Below, piece by piece: positions 1-12,804 of a DNA stretch of 33,183 nt. The DNA is from Atractiella rhizophila. Lineage: Eukaryota. Location of the stretch: positions 1-33,183 of the forward strand of contig MU271675.1 of the NCBI GenBank assembly GCA_021432655.1. The letters run 5' to 3'. Under the pieces are notes generated by a model. That model ran no database searches and was not told the DNA's origin. It saw only the letters and a program-made list of their open reading frames with translations. A program made the position numbers and the translations under genes. How positions within the stretch are numbered: the stretch's first letter is position 1; each line of letters opens with the position of its first letter.

Positions 1-1238
1 TTGTTCGATAATTTTGGGGAGGATGTCAAGACGACAATTGATGAATTTGTGTATGCGTCTCGGATGTCCTGGCAACATTCGATAACGGAGCAGGAGAGGC
101 TGGACATAAAGGGGAGGTTCGCCAGGTTCGCGCAACGGTTCGAGGACGTCTTTGTTTACGATCAGCATAATCGAATATCTCGTCTTCCCATGTGTATGCA
201 TCACTTGCTTCACGTCGCCGACTGGATAGAGTGGTGGGGACCTCCAATTCTCTACTCACAGTTTCCGATGGAGAGTACGATTGGATTCCTGAAGGATCGG
301 ATTAACCAGGATCGTTTGTATATGGAAAACTTACTGAATCAAGCGCTGGAGCAGGAACGCCTTGCCATTGTCAACATCCTCTATCCCCCCAATTCTACGG
401 CTACAACTTCCCGATTCCGAACCTTCAAGCCGGTAGGACGAAAGAACGGCGTGTGCTCACCTCGATACCCCTACATTCCGCTTACTAGGCTTAGGGGAGA
501 ACTCCGTGGGAGCCAATACTGGACAGAGTGGATTCAGGAGGTTCGCCTTGTTCGAGAGCTTTGTGCTTCACAAAACTGTGACTTGACGGGAGTCGACTTG
601 GAAGGAGAGGTCGCGAAATGGGAGCATTGGGGCCGTTGTAAGTTGGAGAATGGTGACATGGTTCGTTGCCGAAGGCTCGAGAGGAATAGAGATCAAAACA
701 CGCGCCGTGCTCGGAGATTCGAGGTCTGTCATCTGCTATACACAAACATAAGTATCTGAAGGCAAGACAGGCAAGAGACGAAGCGGGACAGACAATTTTC
801 GGAGAAGCCGTCCATTATCTGCGGATTCCCGCACATATTTTAGGCGAAAGCTGCATGGATAAATCTCGAGACCGTCTCTTCGTTCTTGCGCAGATGCTCC
901 AACAGCTCGAGAGCGATTATCAGTCGGAAACCCTGTGCTATTGGACTACCCAATACCGACTGATACCTCTGGAGTGGCTTAGTAACTTGATAGGCATTTC
1001 CAAGCAAAAGATCAGAAAGAGGATACCTTTGTTTGGATCCTGCATCGTCACCACTCCGACAAACAAGAAACACACTTTTCGTGTGAGCCGGGAGCAGACG
1101 ACGATCTCGTTGATGACAGTGAAGGAGTGGGTTTGGAGACACATGTATGACTTCAGTTTCGCTGCGACTTCGATTCTCCAGCTGCAGGTTCAAGTTCGAA
1201 GAATAAGGACGTGTAATTGCGCGAATATATGCAACTAA
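1..1238 (+). CDS. C-terminal part of a CACTA/EnSpm-like (Tnp2-type) transposase, 5'-truncated by the window
   Basis: ORF 1..759 contains RLPMCMHHLLHVADWIEWWGPPILYSQFPMESTIGFLK, matching the H-x-L-x-H...GP...F-x-x-E-x-x-x-G motif of CACTA transposases. A GT-AG intron at 724..770 joins it in frame to ARDEAGQTIFGEAVHYLRI...MDKSRDRLF (ORF 855..1238). Further exons to ~1670 are possible but unresolved. Confidence 0.75.
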
Positions 1239-2424
1239 GAGCATACAGTGACTACTGCCATGATTAGAAGCTGTACGTGGTTCATGGAAGTCAGAAGCGC
1301 ACCTTATCAATAACAACATTGACCGGGACCTGCCATCTTCCTCTTCCAAGCCGCTCCGTCTCCGACCCCCATCCACGACATCAAATCCGTCGCTTGGCAT
1401 GAGCTTCCACAAGCCCTTGTGTGACGTTAAGACCCTCAATCGCGTAGTACTGCAATCTATCCGAAAGAGGGTAAGGAGGTGATATTGGAGGCAGAGCGTC
1501 GAGTAGGAGAAGGCTGTGAAATGAGAAGCTTGATCGGAATGTTCGAGGTCCAGCGCCGAATCCATCTCGTGGTAAAGGAGGGTCGGACGGACGTATGTGA
1601 GAGGTTTCTGCAACAAATCCAAATCATTGATCAGTACACGAAGAAAGGCATGAGATTGAATAGAAGCTAGCTTCGTCGCAGTGGTAAGTGCCTTGTCTCC
1701 ATGTCCCGTACGCCGATCCTAGACCTGCTATGCTGCTGAATGTCGTTCGTTCCAATGTCACAAATGCGAACGAGAAGAAGCAGTGCGTGGCGAGGGACAT
1801 CGGATTCGGGTCGTTCTGTTCGCTTGATAATGCAAATCTGGGTTATTCGAGGACAAAGGACAGGACAAAAGGAGGGAGGAAAGCAATAGGAAGGTCAAAG
1901 AGCAGGACGCCGGGGTTGGAGTAAGCAACATAGCTGTGACATCAAAATGCATTGAGGGATGGAATAAGAAAGGAAAGTTGGTGGCTGCAGAGCAGGGCGA
2001 AATAGTAAGCGTGAGCTTCAAAAGCTTTCGCAGCTAACTGGGACTGGAAGGATACATGTGGAAGAGAAAAACACACCTGTTGCAATACCCCTCAACTGCT
2101 GAGGCACTCATTGGATGGTGGAACAAGTTGGTTGCGTTGTTCAACGTGCGCGGTTGGGCAGGGCAGACGCAAGTTGGGTTATTTGCTAGTAGTTGTCACT
2201 CGTCAATTGGCTGATGCGGTTGATGTAATTGATGTAATTGATGAAAAACCGCCAAAGTTTCAAATCAAGCCCACAGCGTCCAGAAGTGTCTCGAAAGCCA
2301 TTGAGAGCGTCATAAGGGTGTCTCCAGTGTCTACAAGGCGTCAAACCAGCAGCTGCAAGTTCCCAGGGGCTCATTTCTCATTTTGATGATATCCCTGCCA
2401 TCCCTGCCAGTCTGCCTGCTAGTG
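1..2424 (+). mobile_element. Right arm of a CACTA-like DNA transposon, putative terminus at 2424
   Basis: The transposase above is followed by ...ATCCCTGCCATCCCTGCCAGTCTGCCTGCTAGTG (2391-2424), whose reverse complement starts CACTAGCAGG. Short subterminal tandem repeats are present. The left end and TSD lie outside the window. Confidence 0.55.
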
Positions 2425-2880
2425 TACGGGGTCCCGCTTGCTCCCTCTTAGTAGTTGCCGCTTATTCCATAAAAGGTACGCATCGACATTTCTCACTGAG
2501 CTCCTGAATCCACTCCTTTAGAAACGGAGAAGATCCAAACCTGCACTCTCGATTATCCAGGTTATAGAAAGATTGCTTACCCAAACGGCGGTCAAAGAAG
2601 ACCCTATCTGCTACTTTTGATCACGCATGCTTTTTGAGTGCCCGCGATTTCGGTCTCTGCAGAGTACCATTACCTCCAGCTTCTAGTTCGTGTGAGAGCT
2701 ATCATCTCAGGCTTCATGCTTGAGCTTTATTAACCGGGGCATGTTTAGGCGTGTTAAGGTTGTTTTTCCCTGAAGAGTTTGTAAGCTTGGATCTATCCTC
2801 TACCATGCAGCAGATGGTTCAGGGTTCATCGATGAATCTTGCTTCGAAATGATTGATTTCGCTCAACTTCATTCACCTAG

Positions 2881-4428
2881 GTGGTGCTTGATTGCTTGTA
2901 CCATCCCGAGTGTCATAATCTGCCATTTATTGATCTGCAGCAGAATTGCAAGTCTTCTGGCTTTGCTTCAATAAATTTTACTGACTTCCGTGATAGTACT
3001 CAAACATGGCTTCCCTACCGCTTGAGATTATACATCAGATTTTACGATGTGTGCATTCTCTCATGGTCATCCGATACCCACGCCTCAATCGACAATATCT
3101 TTCGTGCTCTCTAGTGTGCGTTTAAATTCCTCTCACATCAGGTATTCAGATACTTCCAGGTGCAAACTATGGATGCCGGAGGTGCGAAGACAGTATTTTC
3201 GAAGCTCGAATTGTATCCTGTTGCAGAATCTGATCTTAGGATGCCATCCATCCTGTCATTTTTGAAGGCATGCGAGACATACTCTTGACTCCCTCCGCTT
3301 ATCGCCTACGTGGTGTTACACTGTGAGAAGCTCGGGGATGTTGTGGCAGCTATCCGATCCGGATCTTGGCCCAGAAATAATCGATTTCTCAGTGCTGGAG
3401 CAACTGCAGGCCTTTGCGAATTCGACGATATTTCCAAGGTTGCGAAAAATCGAATTAGTCGGGGATCCCTTCAAAAGGTGTCAGGTTTCGGTGCTCAACC
3501 TCCTTTCCTCCCTTGACCTCACATCACTTCGTTTCTTTGGGTTCCGTGCCCATAAAGTGGAAATGCAAGACCTTCTAGACTGTCTTCAAATTTGCAAACG
3601 TCTACACGACCTGGAAATCTGCTCCTTACCACTCACAGGCAATCCAACTCCCGGCCGCCTCCCGAGGCTCCATCTCGACCGCTTTTATTACAGGAAAGGA
3701 TGGTGCAACTCACCGCATCCACTCGTGTTCTCCAGCCTACTACCTTGCATGCCCGACCTCAAATTTCTCAAAGTCGAAACCACCGTGTATATTGACGAAG
3801 ACATCCATAGTTTGGTGGACTCCAGTCCTCAGTTGGTGCACGTTCAGAAATTAAGCCTCGATCTCACTACGGACGATTCTGATTCTGATTTTGATTTTGA
3901 TGCCACGGAACGTCCGCCCTCTCAATGTTTGCCAGTGCACGACCTTCTATCGTTATTTTCGAATTTACAAGCTCTCGATCTTCGAGGCTTGAGGTGGGAT
4001 CAGAATATTTTCCACATTTTACCTACATCTCTGAAGAAACTACAAATGCACCTAGACCTCAATAAAGTCGCGGTAACACCGCAAACTATCCGACAAGTTT
4101 TCTTGCAACAGAACAAACTTTGTCATTGGAAATTTTCAAGTTTACTGTACAGGTGGATGATAATTACTTTGAGAACTGGCCCTTACGAAAAGAGTGGATG
4201 GCTTCCTGGGATGCGTTAGAGAAGGATTCGAAAGAGTCAAGGCATTGGACTGTTTGTGACTTCACGTGGAGTAGAATTCCGAGTCGTTCCGAACAGGTGA
4301 AAAGGTTGAATGAGTATTTGGACCACGGAGGTTCGATAAGTGAGTTCAATTTCGCATACATTAGTAGTGAGGCGGATTCTGAGGAGCCTTTTGGTGAGGA
4401 CGGCTGGAATTTGGATGCAAGGAACTAA
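2881..4428 (+). pseudogene. Disabled LRR/RNI-like (F-box-associated type) protein gene
   Basis: LxxLxL repeats (FPRLRKIELVG, LTSLRFFG, LHDLEICSL, MPDLKFLKV, FSNLQALDLRGL, TSLKKLQM). The protein-like sequence is split across frames: TAG at 3112-3114, a frame switch near 3270-3290, and a frameshift near 4118 into SLEIFKFTVQ...(to 4428). The 5' end is unresolved. Confidence 0.5.
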
Positions 4429-5805
4429 CGTCTGTACCTACATGTACATATTTAGCATAGTTATATGCTACTGCTTTGCTGAAAACATGACAAACCTAGC
4501 TAATAGTACGACAATTGTCAGTTCACGAGGTGTAACGAATTACTACAATAACATTGCCGTCCTCATCAACATTCTGGTTGATGTTCCGGTCTCTGCTCCT
4601 TCCGCTCACCTGTAGCCTTCCAATGTTCTAACCTAACCCGTCACGGCGAAGTTGGGAGACTCCTTACGCTGTCGCACCTACCGCAACCTACAGCCTACTG
4701 GCATCTGCTTGTCTGTTGGTCAAACGACTAAACGCTGGAGGCATACAAGCTGCAATACCATTATCCAAGGAAGGGCTTCATACACGCAAGGAAGTTTTCT
4801 CAGGACTGCACATGCACCTCCTGCTCGATTGTATCCTGCTTATCCGCGCGCGGATACCTTTGCAACGAATTCGCGAATTTAGGGACTTGGCTAGCGAAAT
4901 CGCCTCCTCATCGTCTGCTGGTGCTGCGAGGTTCACTTCCGGTTTATGACTAAATTGATCAATGAGTTGAGCGCTTCCTGCTCATTTCAGGCAGCCGCAG
5001 GGAACTGGAGATCTGCAAGGAGTTAACAAGCCCATACCTGGATATCCTGACATCGATGAGAATCCGCTTCATTCACCAGCTCTTCCTTCCTCATCTCAGA
5101 GCCGATAGTCTAATAAGTGTCATATGCATCAATTCCCCAAGTCCATCCCAGAGTTCATCACAGAGTTCATCAGATTGGCCCGTCCGTGTTTATAAACGTG
5201 TTCTTTCGGCGTCGGACTTCCTGCAAAGTGTGTCATGCTGACAATCTTCCACATCGGTCTTGTGAAAGTTTGAGGCCGAACTAGATTGTTGGCCGCACTC
5301 TCCAGCTACACCAGCCGGCCTCTCCGAATATCCCTTCTCAGGTCCTGAGCAGGTTTCACACCTGCTGCATCATGATGACCAGCAGCATGTGTTTAGGGAA
5401 CAGGACAACTTAGAGTGCTGTCGTGGAGAACTTGACATTGGTCCGTGGTCAAAGCATTTGCAAGTTGCAACCATCCTTTGTGAAGCTGGAGAGCTAGAAG
5501 GTAGGCAATAGGTGAGGAAGCAACAGTGTAAGCCTTACGGCATATCGCTGTCTCATTGCCATAGCCCTTGACGCGTGTCTCTGCCGAGCTGAAACGGTTC
5601 GGGCGGTCCTTTCACACATCGGGAGGAAGCGGCCGGGGATCCTGGGTTTGTTTTGTTCGAACGTTGTTCCGTTCCCTCCGGAGCGAGAACGATGTTTCCC
5701 AATAAAACCAACACGATGTCGCTTCCTTTTTCTCTTCGTTCTTCCTATTATTCTTATCCTTCCCTTCCCAGCTCACCAACCAACCAACTACTGTAGTCTA
5801 TAGAC

Positions 5806-8389
5806 ATGTCGGCAGACCTCAAACGCAAGAACTCGCAGAATTCACATGAGACTCTCGCGTCTCCAACAGATGGTGCATTGAAGGAGAAGACACTTGAGAG
5901 GGAGGAAACTATCGTTGGGTCTGACCCTGATACTCTCGACAGCAAGGAGAAGCAGATTTCGGAGAAGAAGAAGGGAGAGTTGGAGGCTTTCGCGAGGATT
6001 AAGGATGAGGACTTCAAAGTCAACGGGAAGGTCCGTCTCCTTCCACAGGGAAAACTGGACTCGTGCTGACGGAGTATCCTATCTGTGTCCAGTTTCTGAT
6101 CACCTTTATGGGACTCGCTGCTTTCACTTTCCTTACTGGTCTTGATCAAACGATCATTGTGAGTTGCTCTCATCCAATTTCGACGTCCGCTAAACAACTG
6201 TAAATCTCCTAGGCACCGGCCATTCCTGTCATCTCAAACGACTTCAAGACCATTTCTGATGTCGGATGGTGGATCTCAGCTTATTTCAGTGAGCTGCCCC
6301 TTCCCGAATTGAAGGTATCTGTGCTAACGGAGATTCGTCTAGTGACCTCAACATCCCTGCAACCGCTCTACGGTCGTCTCTACTCTTTCTTCTCCCTCAA
6401 ATATGTCTTCCTGAGGTACTTGCCTTCCTTTTGAGCATGAGAAGTTTCTCTGACTATGATTCCACAGCGCTATCACCATCTTCGAAGTCGGATCGCTCAT
6501 CTGCGCGCTTTCAAACGACTCAAAGACCTTCATCGTCGGACGAGCCATCGGTGCGTGTTTCTGTCTTTGTTGCCAGCGAGGGTTGATGCTAACGGAACCG
6601 TTTTTGCAGCCGGTGTTGGTGTCGCAGGTGGATACATTGGAGGCTTGACGATTCTTGCCGCCTCACTTCCCGTCTCCCAACAAGCCTTGTACACTTCTTT
6701 AATCGGAGCTGCCTTTGGAGCTGGTGGCATCGCTGGACCGCTGCTCGGTGGTGTTTTCACCTCCTCCGTCACCTGGAGATGGTGCTTCTGGATCAAGTGA
6801 GTTTGCTAACGAAGATTCCACGCGTTTTCTGACCGACAATTGTAGCTTGCCTATTGGAATCCCGACCATCTTCGCCATTGCCTTCCTCTTCAGCCCCCCT
6901 GAGCGGACCAACACTCTCACGCTCAAGGAGAAGTTGTTCAGGATTGATTGGGTCGGAACTGGCCTCGTCCTCGCTTCCATCACTTGCATTCTGCTCGCGC
7001 TGCAGTGGGGTGGTCTTGAATATTCCTGGTCCAACTCTAAGATCATTGGTCTCCTGATCGGTACGCTACTTCTTTCTCCGCCTACTTCATTTCAGAACGA
7101 TCGTGGCTTACATTTAAAATAGGTTTTGGACTCATTGCCATCACTTTCGTTGTGTACCAATGGTTCATTGGAGACAATGCCACCATTCCTCTCCGCCTCT
7201 TGATGACTGTACGCTCTCTCATGTACTTCGTTGTCTTGCTGCTGATTCTCCGAACAGAGGACCGTCGGTTTCAGCTCGTTGGCCAATTTCTGCATTGGTG
7301 CTACTTACTTCACACTTGCTTACTTCGTAAGCCCTCCTACCTTTGAATTTTCAAGGTGTTCACGCCGTCCTGCTCCAGGTCCCTATCTACTTCCAAACCA
7401 TCAAGGGTAGCTCGTACGTTCTTTTCCATTCGTCACGATTTGGGATTGACAAGTCGCTTGCAGTGCCATTCACAGCGGAATTCAATCGTGAGTTTTCATT
7501 CTGCACATTGCCTTGGCCCGTGTTCATCAATTGCGTTATAGATTGCCTTTGATCCTTGGAGCTATTGTTGCCGTCATGTTCTCCGGTGGACTCATTCCCG
7601 CAATCGGTTGGTCTTGCTTATACTCTTTCTTCCGGAAAGTATTCTGAGACCTGGTTAAGGCTACTCAAACCCCTTCCTCATTTTGGGCAGCGTGCTTGCC
7701 GTTGTCGGAGCTGGCTTGATCTACACATGGGAAGTCACAACAGGTGAGAGAGTAGTCGATGTTTCGAACGAAGCTGAAGAAGTTGTGCAGCTTCGGATCA
7801 CTGGATTGGATACCAAGTGCTTGCTGGTCTCGGAGTGGGAATGGCATTCATGGCTCCCGTCAACATTGTTCAGGCAGCCTACACAGGTGAGTCACTGTCT
7901 TTAAACTTGGCATGCAGCAGGCTGAGGCATCCACAGGTACAACCGAAGTAGAGGTCGTCACAGCCATCACCATCTTCTTCCAAACCCTTGGAGGATGTTT
8001 CTTCAGCTCCATCAGTGCGTAGATTCCGCCGTGTTTTTTGGAACCCATGCTGAACGAGAATACAGGTCAATCCATCTACCAAAACTTCCTCCTCAACAAC
8101 CTCATCGCCCGCGTTCCTCCAGCTGAAGTCGGCCCAATCATCGCTAACGGACTCTCAGCTTTCCGCGAGTTCGTCTCTCCCGAGCTGCTGCCAACAGTCG
8201 TCCAAGCCGCCATGTACGTTTGATTTTTCCCACATTTAATCTCTGGTCGACGTGTTTATGTTTTGCTATAGGGACGCATTGAAGAAGGCTTTCATCCCTC
8301 CTGTTGCCCTTGCTGCTTGCATGGCGCTCGCTGCACCAACTCTTCCTTGGAATAACGTCAAGGGTCAACAGATGACGATGGCGGCATAG
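5806..8389 (+). CDS. MFS drug/toxin efflux transporter, DHA2 (14-TMS) family, many short introns
   Basis: Spliced exons give FLTGLDQTII|APAIPVISNDFKTISDVGWWISAYF, QPLYGRLYSFF, IFEVGSLICALSNDSKTFIVGRAI, GPLLGGVFTSSVTWRWCFWI, IDWVGTGL...LALQWGG, VPIYFQTIKG and IFFQTLGG. Introns include 6031..6092 and 6159..6212. ATG at 5806, TAG at 8387-8389. Confidence 0.93.
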
Positions 8390-8750
8390 AGGATATTTAC
8401 ACTGATTATGAGACAAAAGATGGCATACCCACTGTCATAGACGATGTAACATTAGTTGATCATTCGGTTGTAATGCACAAGGGAACTAATTCCTGCTAAT
8501 ATTCACTCCTTTTGTTGCTCGAGTGTTTCTTGAACTGTGTGGCATCCAAAGAGCAGCAACCTGAAAGGTACACAATATTTTTCTCACGGACAATTGTGTA
8601 GCGAATCAGAATTCCCAGACCTCTCTTCCTATACATCACCTTGCTCAAGACTTCATGGGGAAGAAGAACATGTATAAGTGGATCCATGGCGGCGTCACGT
8701 TTAGTCGGAAGACTTCATTTCAATATTTTTTCTCTGCAGCAACTTTCCGA

Positions 8751-10561
8751 TCAAGCAGAAACCTCTTTTCCCATCGCAGCCTTAACAGCATACTCGCGTC
8801 CGATCAAATGGCCAACCTGCTCGATCTTGCCCAACAACTCTTCGATGCCTCCTTTCCACACATTCAACGTCTCCTCCGTTCTCCCTCCTCCAGGTTTCTT
8901 GAACACCACTATCCCTGCCGGTCGATCGATCTTCGCTGATACCATGCCGTCGATCACGAGTCGGCTCAGGTGCTTTTCTGTGTCGGTGGGCGGGAGAGAA
9001 AGGAGTTGCGCGAGGCGGGGGAGACGGATGCGGCCGTAGTAAGTAGAAATGACACGAATGTTCTGTCTCCCCTGGATCAACACGAGCATGAAGCGAATTG
9101 AAAGAAAAGGCGGACATGTTCGATGACTCTGAGATGCAAGTCCTCCCATCTTCCCTTCTTCAGTTCGTCCGTATCCACCTCCGCAAGGCCAACAAAATCG
9201 TAATCCGTACCATCCTCTCCTCCCTCCTCTCCGCCCAAAGTAGCTCCTTCCCCGCCTGGAAGTTGAGGAAGAGCTGGAGCGGGAAAGACGGCGGAACGCG
9301 AGAGCATCGAACCGTAGACGGAAAGCATACCGGGCCAACGCATCAGTTCGGGGGTTGTGAAACACTTGGCAAAGTTGCTGTTCCCACCATGTTCTAGATC
9401 AATTGCCTCCTCTTGACAGTGTGTGGATAACGATGACCTACATCCATTCTCCTCTTTCCACTACCTTCTCCTCCCGTGCCAGCCTCTCCAATAAATCCTT
9501 TTGTTCATTATCATACGGCGCGAGTGTGACAAAGTACAGTGCGTGTTTGAGGGCAGAGAGTTTGAGGATCTCAAATTGCTCTTCCGTCATAGTAGATTCG
9601 TTGGGCTCCGTTACAGTCGGCGGACGGGAGGTGCGAAAAATGGAGAGATAGTGTCGAGCAAGGGGTAAATAGGACTTTTTAAGAAGAGAAGAGAGGATTA
9701 GCAAGTAATGATATTTCAGTTTGAGGTCCTGGTCCAATCCTTGTTATTAACCGAACTGTGCAGGAAAAACAAGAGGCAAACCTCATTCCCCTCTCCAGCC
9801 AACCACCGTGCGTTAATTTTCCTCGCGATAATCTCGAGCTTCTCCCATTCTCCGCGAAGCTTCAAAAACCTCATTTGCTCCAGAATGAACGATGTCTTCT
9901 CCCTCCGATCCACTGCGCCGAAAGTCTCAATAGCGATCTCTTGAATGATCCGTGAAGCTTCTGCTACTTCTCCCTTTGCTTCAAGCATCCCGGAGAGTCT
10001 GCGAGTAAGACGCGCTCGTTCCAGCTCTAGAAAGATCTGTTGACCAACATCGCAAGCATCAGGATATCAGTTCTCTTTGAGCGTGAAGAGATAAAGAAAC
10101 AAGGCAGAAACGAACCTTCCCTTCCGTTACATCCCTCAAACAGACCGTCACTCCCTCCCGCTCTCCTTCCTCAACCTTTCCTGCCTCTAAGAGCTCCATC
10201 ACCGCTCCAACCATCTTCTTGGTACTCTCCCTAAGCTGTCCATGCTTCTTACTCAGCGCCTGAACCTGCTCCTTGAGTTCTTTCCAATCCTTCCTCTCGC
10301 TCAACAACTTCACGATCGCTAAAAGGATGCGAGTAGTTGAAGGCTGGTCGGAGGCGGAACGGGTCTGTTTTTCCAGTGCGAGTAAGGCAGAGAGCGCTTC
10401 TTGCACCTGTGACCGTCTCAATTGAGCATTTGTAGTGACATAAAGGGGAAAGGAAGGAGATTTGGACAAACATTGGTGACTGCCAACGATTCAACGCGCG
10501 GTATCAGCTCGTCTACTTGACTTGTGAAATCGCCCTCTTGCTCGCGCTGGGGGAGAGACAT
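8751..10561 (-). CDS. RPN5: 26S proteasome lid subunit Rpn5 (PSMD12), PCI domain
   Basis: LLALEKQTRSASD, LSKKHGQLRES, VTEGK|IFLELERARLTR, AIETFGAVDRREKTSFILEQMR, LAPYDNEQKDLL, RVIEH|NIRVISTYYGRIRLPRLAQLL and AKIDRPAGIVVF. ATG at 10561, TGA at 8751-8753; multi-exon. Confidence 0.95.
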
Positions 10562-11102
10562 GCTTCTGCCTTGGCTTTCGTTCTAAAGGGATTTGGCCTT
10601 GGTTTGAAAGTGTGAAGTGGTGAATGTTTGAACAGGTTTGAACATTGCGCGTCGGCGGGCGGGAAACGGATCCGAAATTCCAAGTTGGCAGATTGACCTC
10701 TTACAAGGATTAAGGCATTTCCACAGTCGCGAGTACTGTCTCACTTCCATCTACTTCAGAAGACTTCAGTGCGTTGAACGTGATAACGCCCTTTTACTGA
10801 CAAACTTTGTGAAACTCAACCCCTTCGAGCCCTGAAGCACACCTTCGCACATCAGTTCATCACACCTTTATCACCAATTGAGGTGGGTATTATAGTACAT
10901 TACATTAGATATAAGTAGACTGGTTCGAGTGAGAAATTTGGACGAGACCAGTGTAGTTACAGCAAATGATATCGAACAGAATTGACAAACGCTGCCACTT
11001 CCAATGATTGCAAACTGATATTTACGAGAGATGAGATAGATGCCAGCATACCTTTGATGCAGATTTGTGGATTCCCCTCCTAAACTGTCTTTCGTTCTTC
11101 CT

Positions 11103-12116
11103 CTACTGTCTGATGACTTCCTCGAGTCGCCTCGTGATCTTCCCTAGAAATTTCTTGATCCTCTTGCAACAAAGAGCCAACACCGCCAATGCCCATATGC
11201 CGATTACAAGCGGTAACAAGTGTAACACCCACTTGTGATGATCATCCAGGTGTTCCGAGGTGAACTGGTAGGCGAATATGAGGTGGAAACCCCAAAACAA
11301 CAATAGAGGAACAATTTGGGCGAATGGTTCGCCATTCTGATGTCGCTCTGCCGCTACATTTGCCTTCAGTTTCGGGCCAACGCAGTGGCGAAGAGCTTAC
11401 CACTATAGGCATGACAGCGCGAACTGACGTCCACCCATACTAACCCGACGATGAGGAGGAGGAAGGCGATCCAGAGCCAGAGAAATTGCCCATGCTCTCC
11501 TTTCTTTCCTGTCGCAATGAACATCCCAACGACGGTAGCAATGACGGGAAGGTAGTCTGGGCTTTTGATCTTCGATGCCTCGTATTGCATCCTATTCTCC
11601 CATGCCTTCATTAAGAGGAGAACAACCCGATCTTCGAGGTGGTTTTGCTATCAGACAAAGACAATAAGTAAGCAGGATACTTATGATAAGCTTCGCACTC
11701 ACCCCTGTTATAGAACCGTCTCCAATGCTGAAATCAACAGCAATATTTGAAGGAGGCGATCCGTGGAATATAACATTATCGTGATGTCTATCCAACAAGT
11801 GAGCTGATGCTCCAAAGTGACAACAGAAGGAGCACCTGTGTGGTGTCGGTTCACCTGCAGACAGGATCAGTCATTTTCACCACAGAAGTATATGTTGACT
11901 CACGCTGGACAATTTGAGAGGGTGAAGATATACTTTGGTCATTTATGGGTTTAGGAACGATACCCTCTTGCATTGCTCTTAACCCAGACTTTTGTCAGGG
12001 TCGTGACATATTGAATTCACGAACCTCGGCCCCCAAGGTGCATTGTCATGTCCAGTCCCTTCCTGAGGCAGCGGAAGGGTAGTGGGATCTGGGCAGATTA
12101 CGGTGTTGGTATTCAT
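11103..12116 (-). CDS. Unknown multi-pass (~4 TM) membrane protein, family copy 1 (5' end uncertain)
   Basis: Introns 11855..11903, 11648..11702 and 11354..11400 join an open frame: SQIVQ|REPTPHRCSFC...GSITG|QNHLEDRVVLLLMK...PDYLPVIATVVGMF...LWIAFLLLIVGLVWVDVSS...HAYS|AAERHQNGEPFAQIVPLLLFWGFHLIFAYQFTSEHLDDHHKWVLHLLP. Clearly homologous to copies 2 and 3. Confidence 0.7.
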
Positions 12117-12804
12117 GGAGGGATAGAGCAGTTAGACTTCGACGGTATGCTGTAGCACTGGTTAAGGATGTATGACTATACGATAACAAGCTAACTTTGA
12201 ATGGAACTGCATGAGGTGCGTCCAGTGTGAATATGTGAAGTAGCATCCTTAAATATTCCCCAGAGTAGCTGGCTGAACCCGAACATGGCAATCGGGAGTC
12301 TCGGGAGACTTCGTGGGAGACTTCGTGGAATAATACCCGAATGCATTAGAAAGTAGCGTTGATCTGAGGTGGTGCGTTGAGGATCTGTCCGCGGAGTCCC
12401 AATTATGCGGGAGGTTGACACGTTTTTTTCGGTCAGTCGGCTGTCATAGGGGTAGGGTTGGCCCAGAGTCAGTTCAAGTTAAGTCGTGATGTCGTTTCGG
12501 TTCCGCAGTATCTGGATTGGAGTCCGCGTTGCCCGATGGAATCGCACGGAGTTCTGCATCAATAGAGGCGGATAAGCTCGGATTTATGCAAGACCACCAT
12601 GATCTGATCTGTTCCTTGAAGGTGGAGTAAAATGCCGAAAGCGCCAAAGGACCCACCACAGCGAGAGAGCGAGAAAGTGCTCGGTGAGTCTCCTGTCTAG
12701 GAGTCGTGCGTTGTTTCGTCAATCAAGCCGCTTCCGCGGGACCTGTGATCTCTTTCTCTTTGTGTTCAAAGTCAGATTCCAGCAGCTGTTCTCTGCAACT
12801 CTTC

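Noticed and set aside
840..1622. 260-aa minus-strand ORF
   Set aside because: Antisense to the CACTA transposase region, with no recognisable motif.
4500..5250. Coding-like, intron-like fragments on the minus strand
   Set aside because: Could not assemble a stop-free model or recognise a family; may be a gene relic but is unsupported.
5806..8389. MFS efflux pump as a marker of a secondary-metabolite cluster
   Set aside because: No PKS, NRPS, terpene synthase or tailoring enzyme genes in the window.
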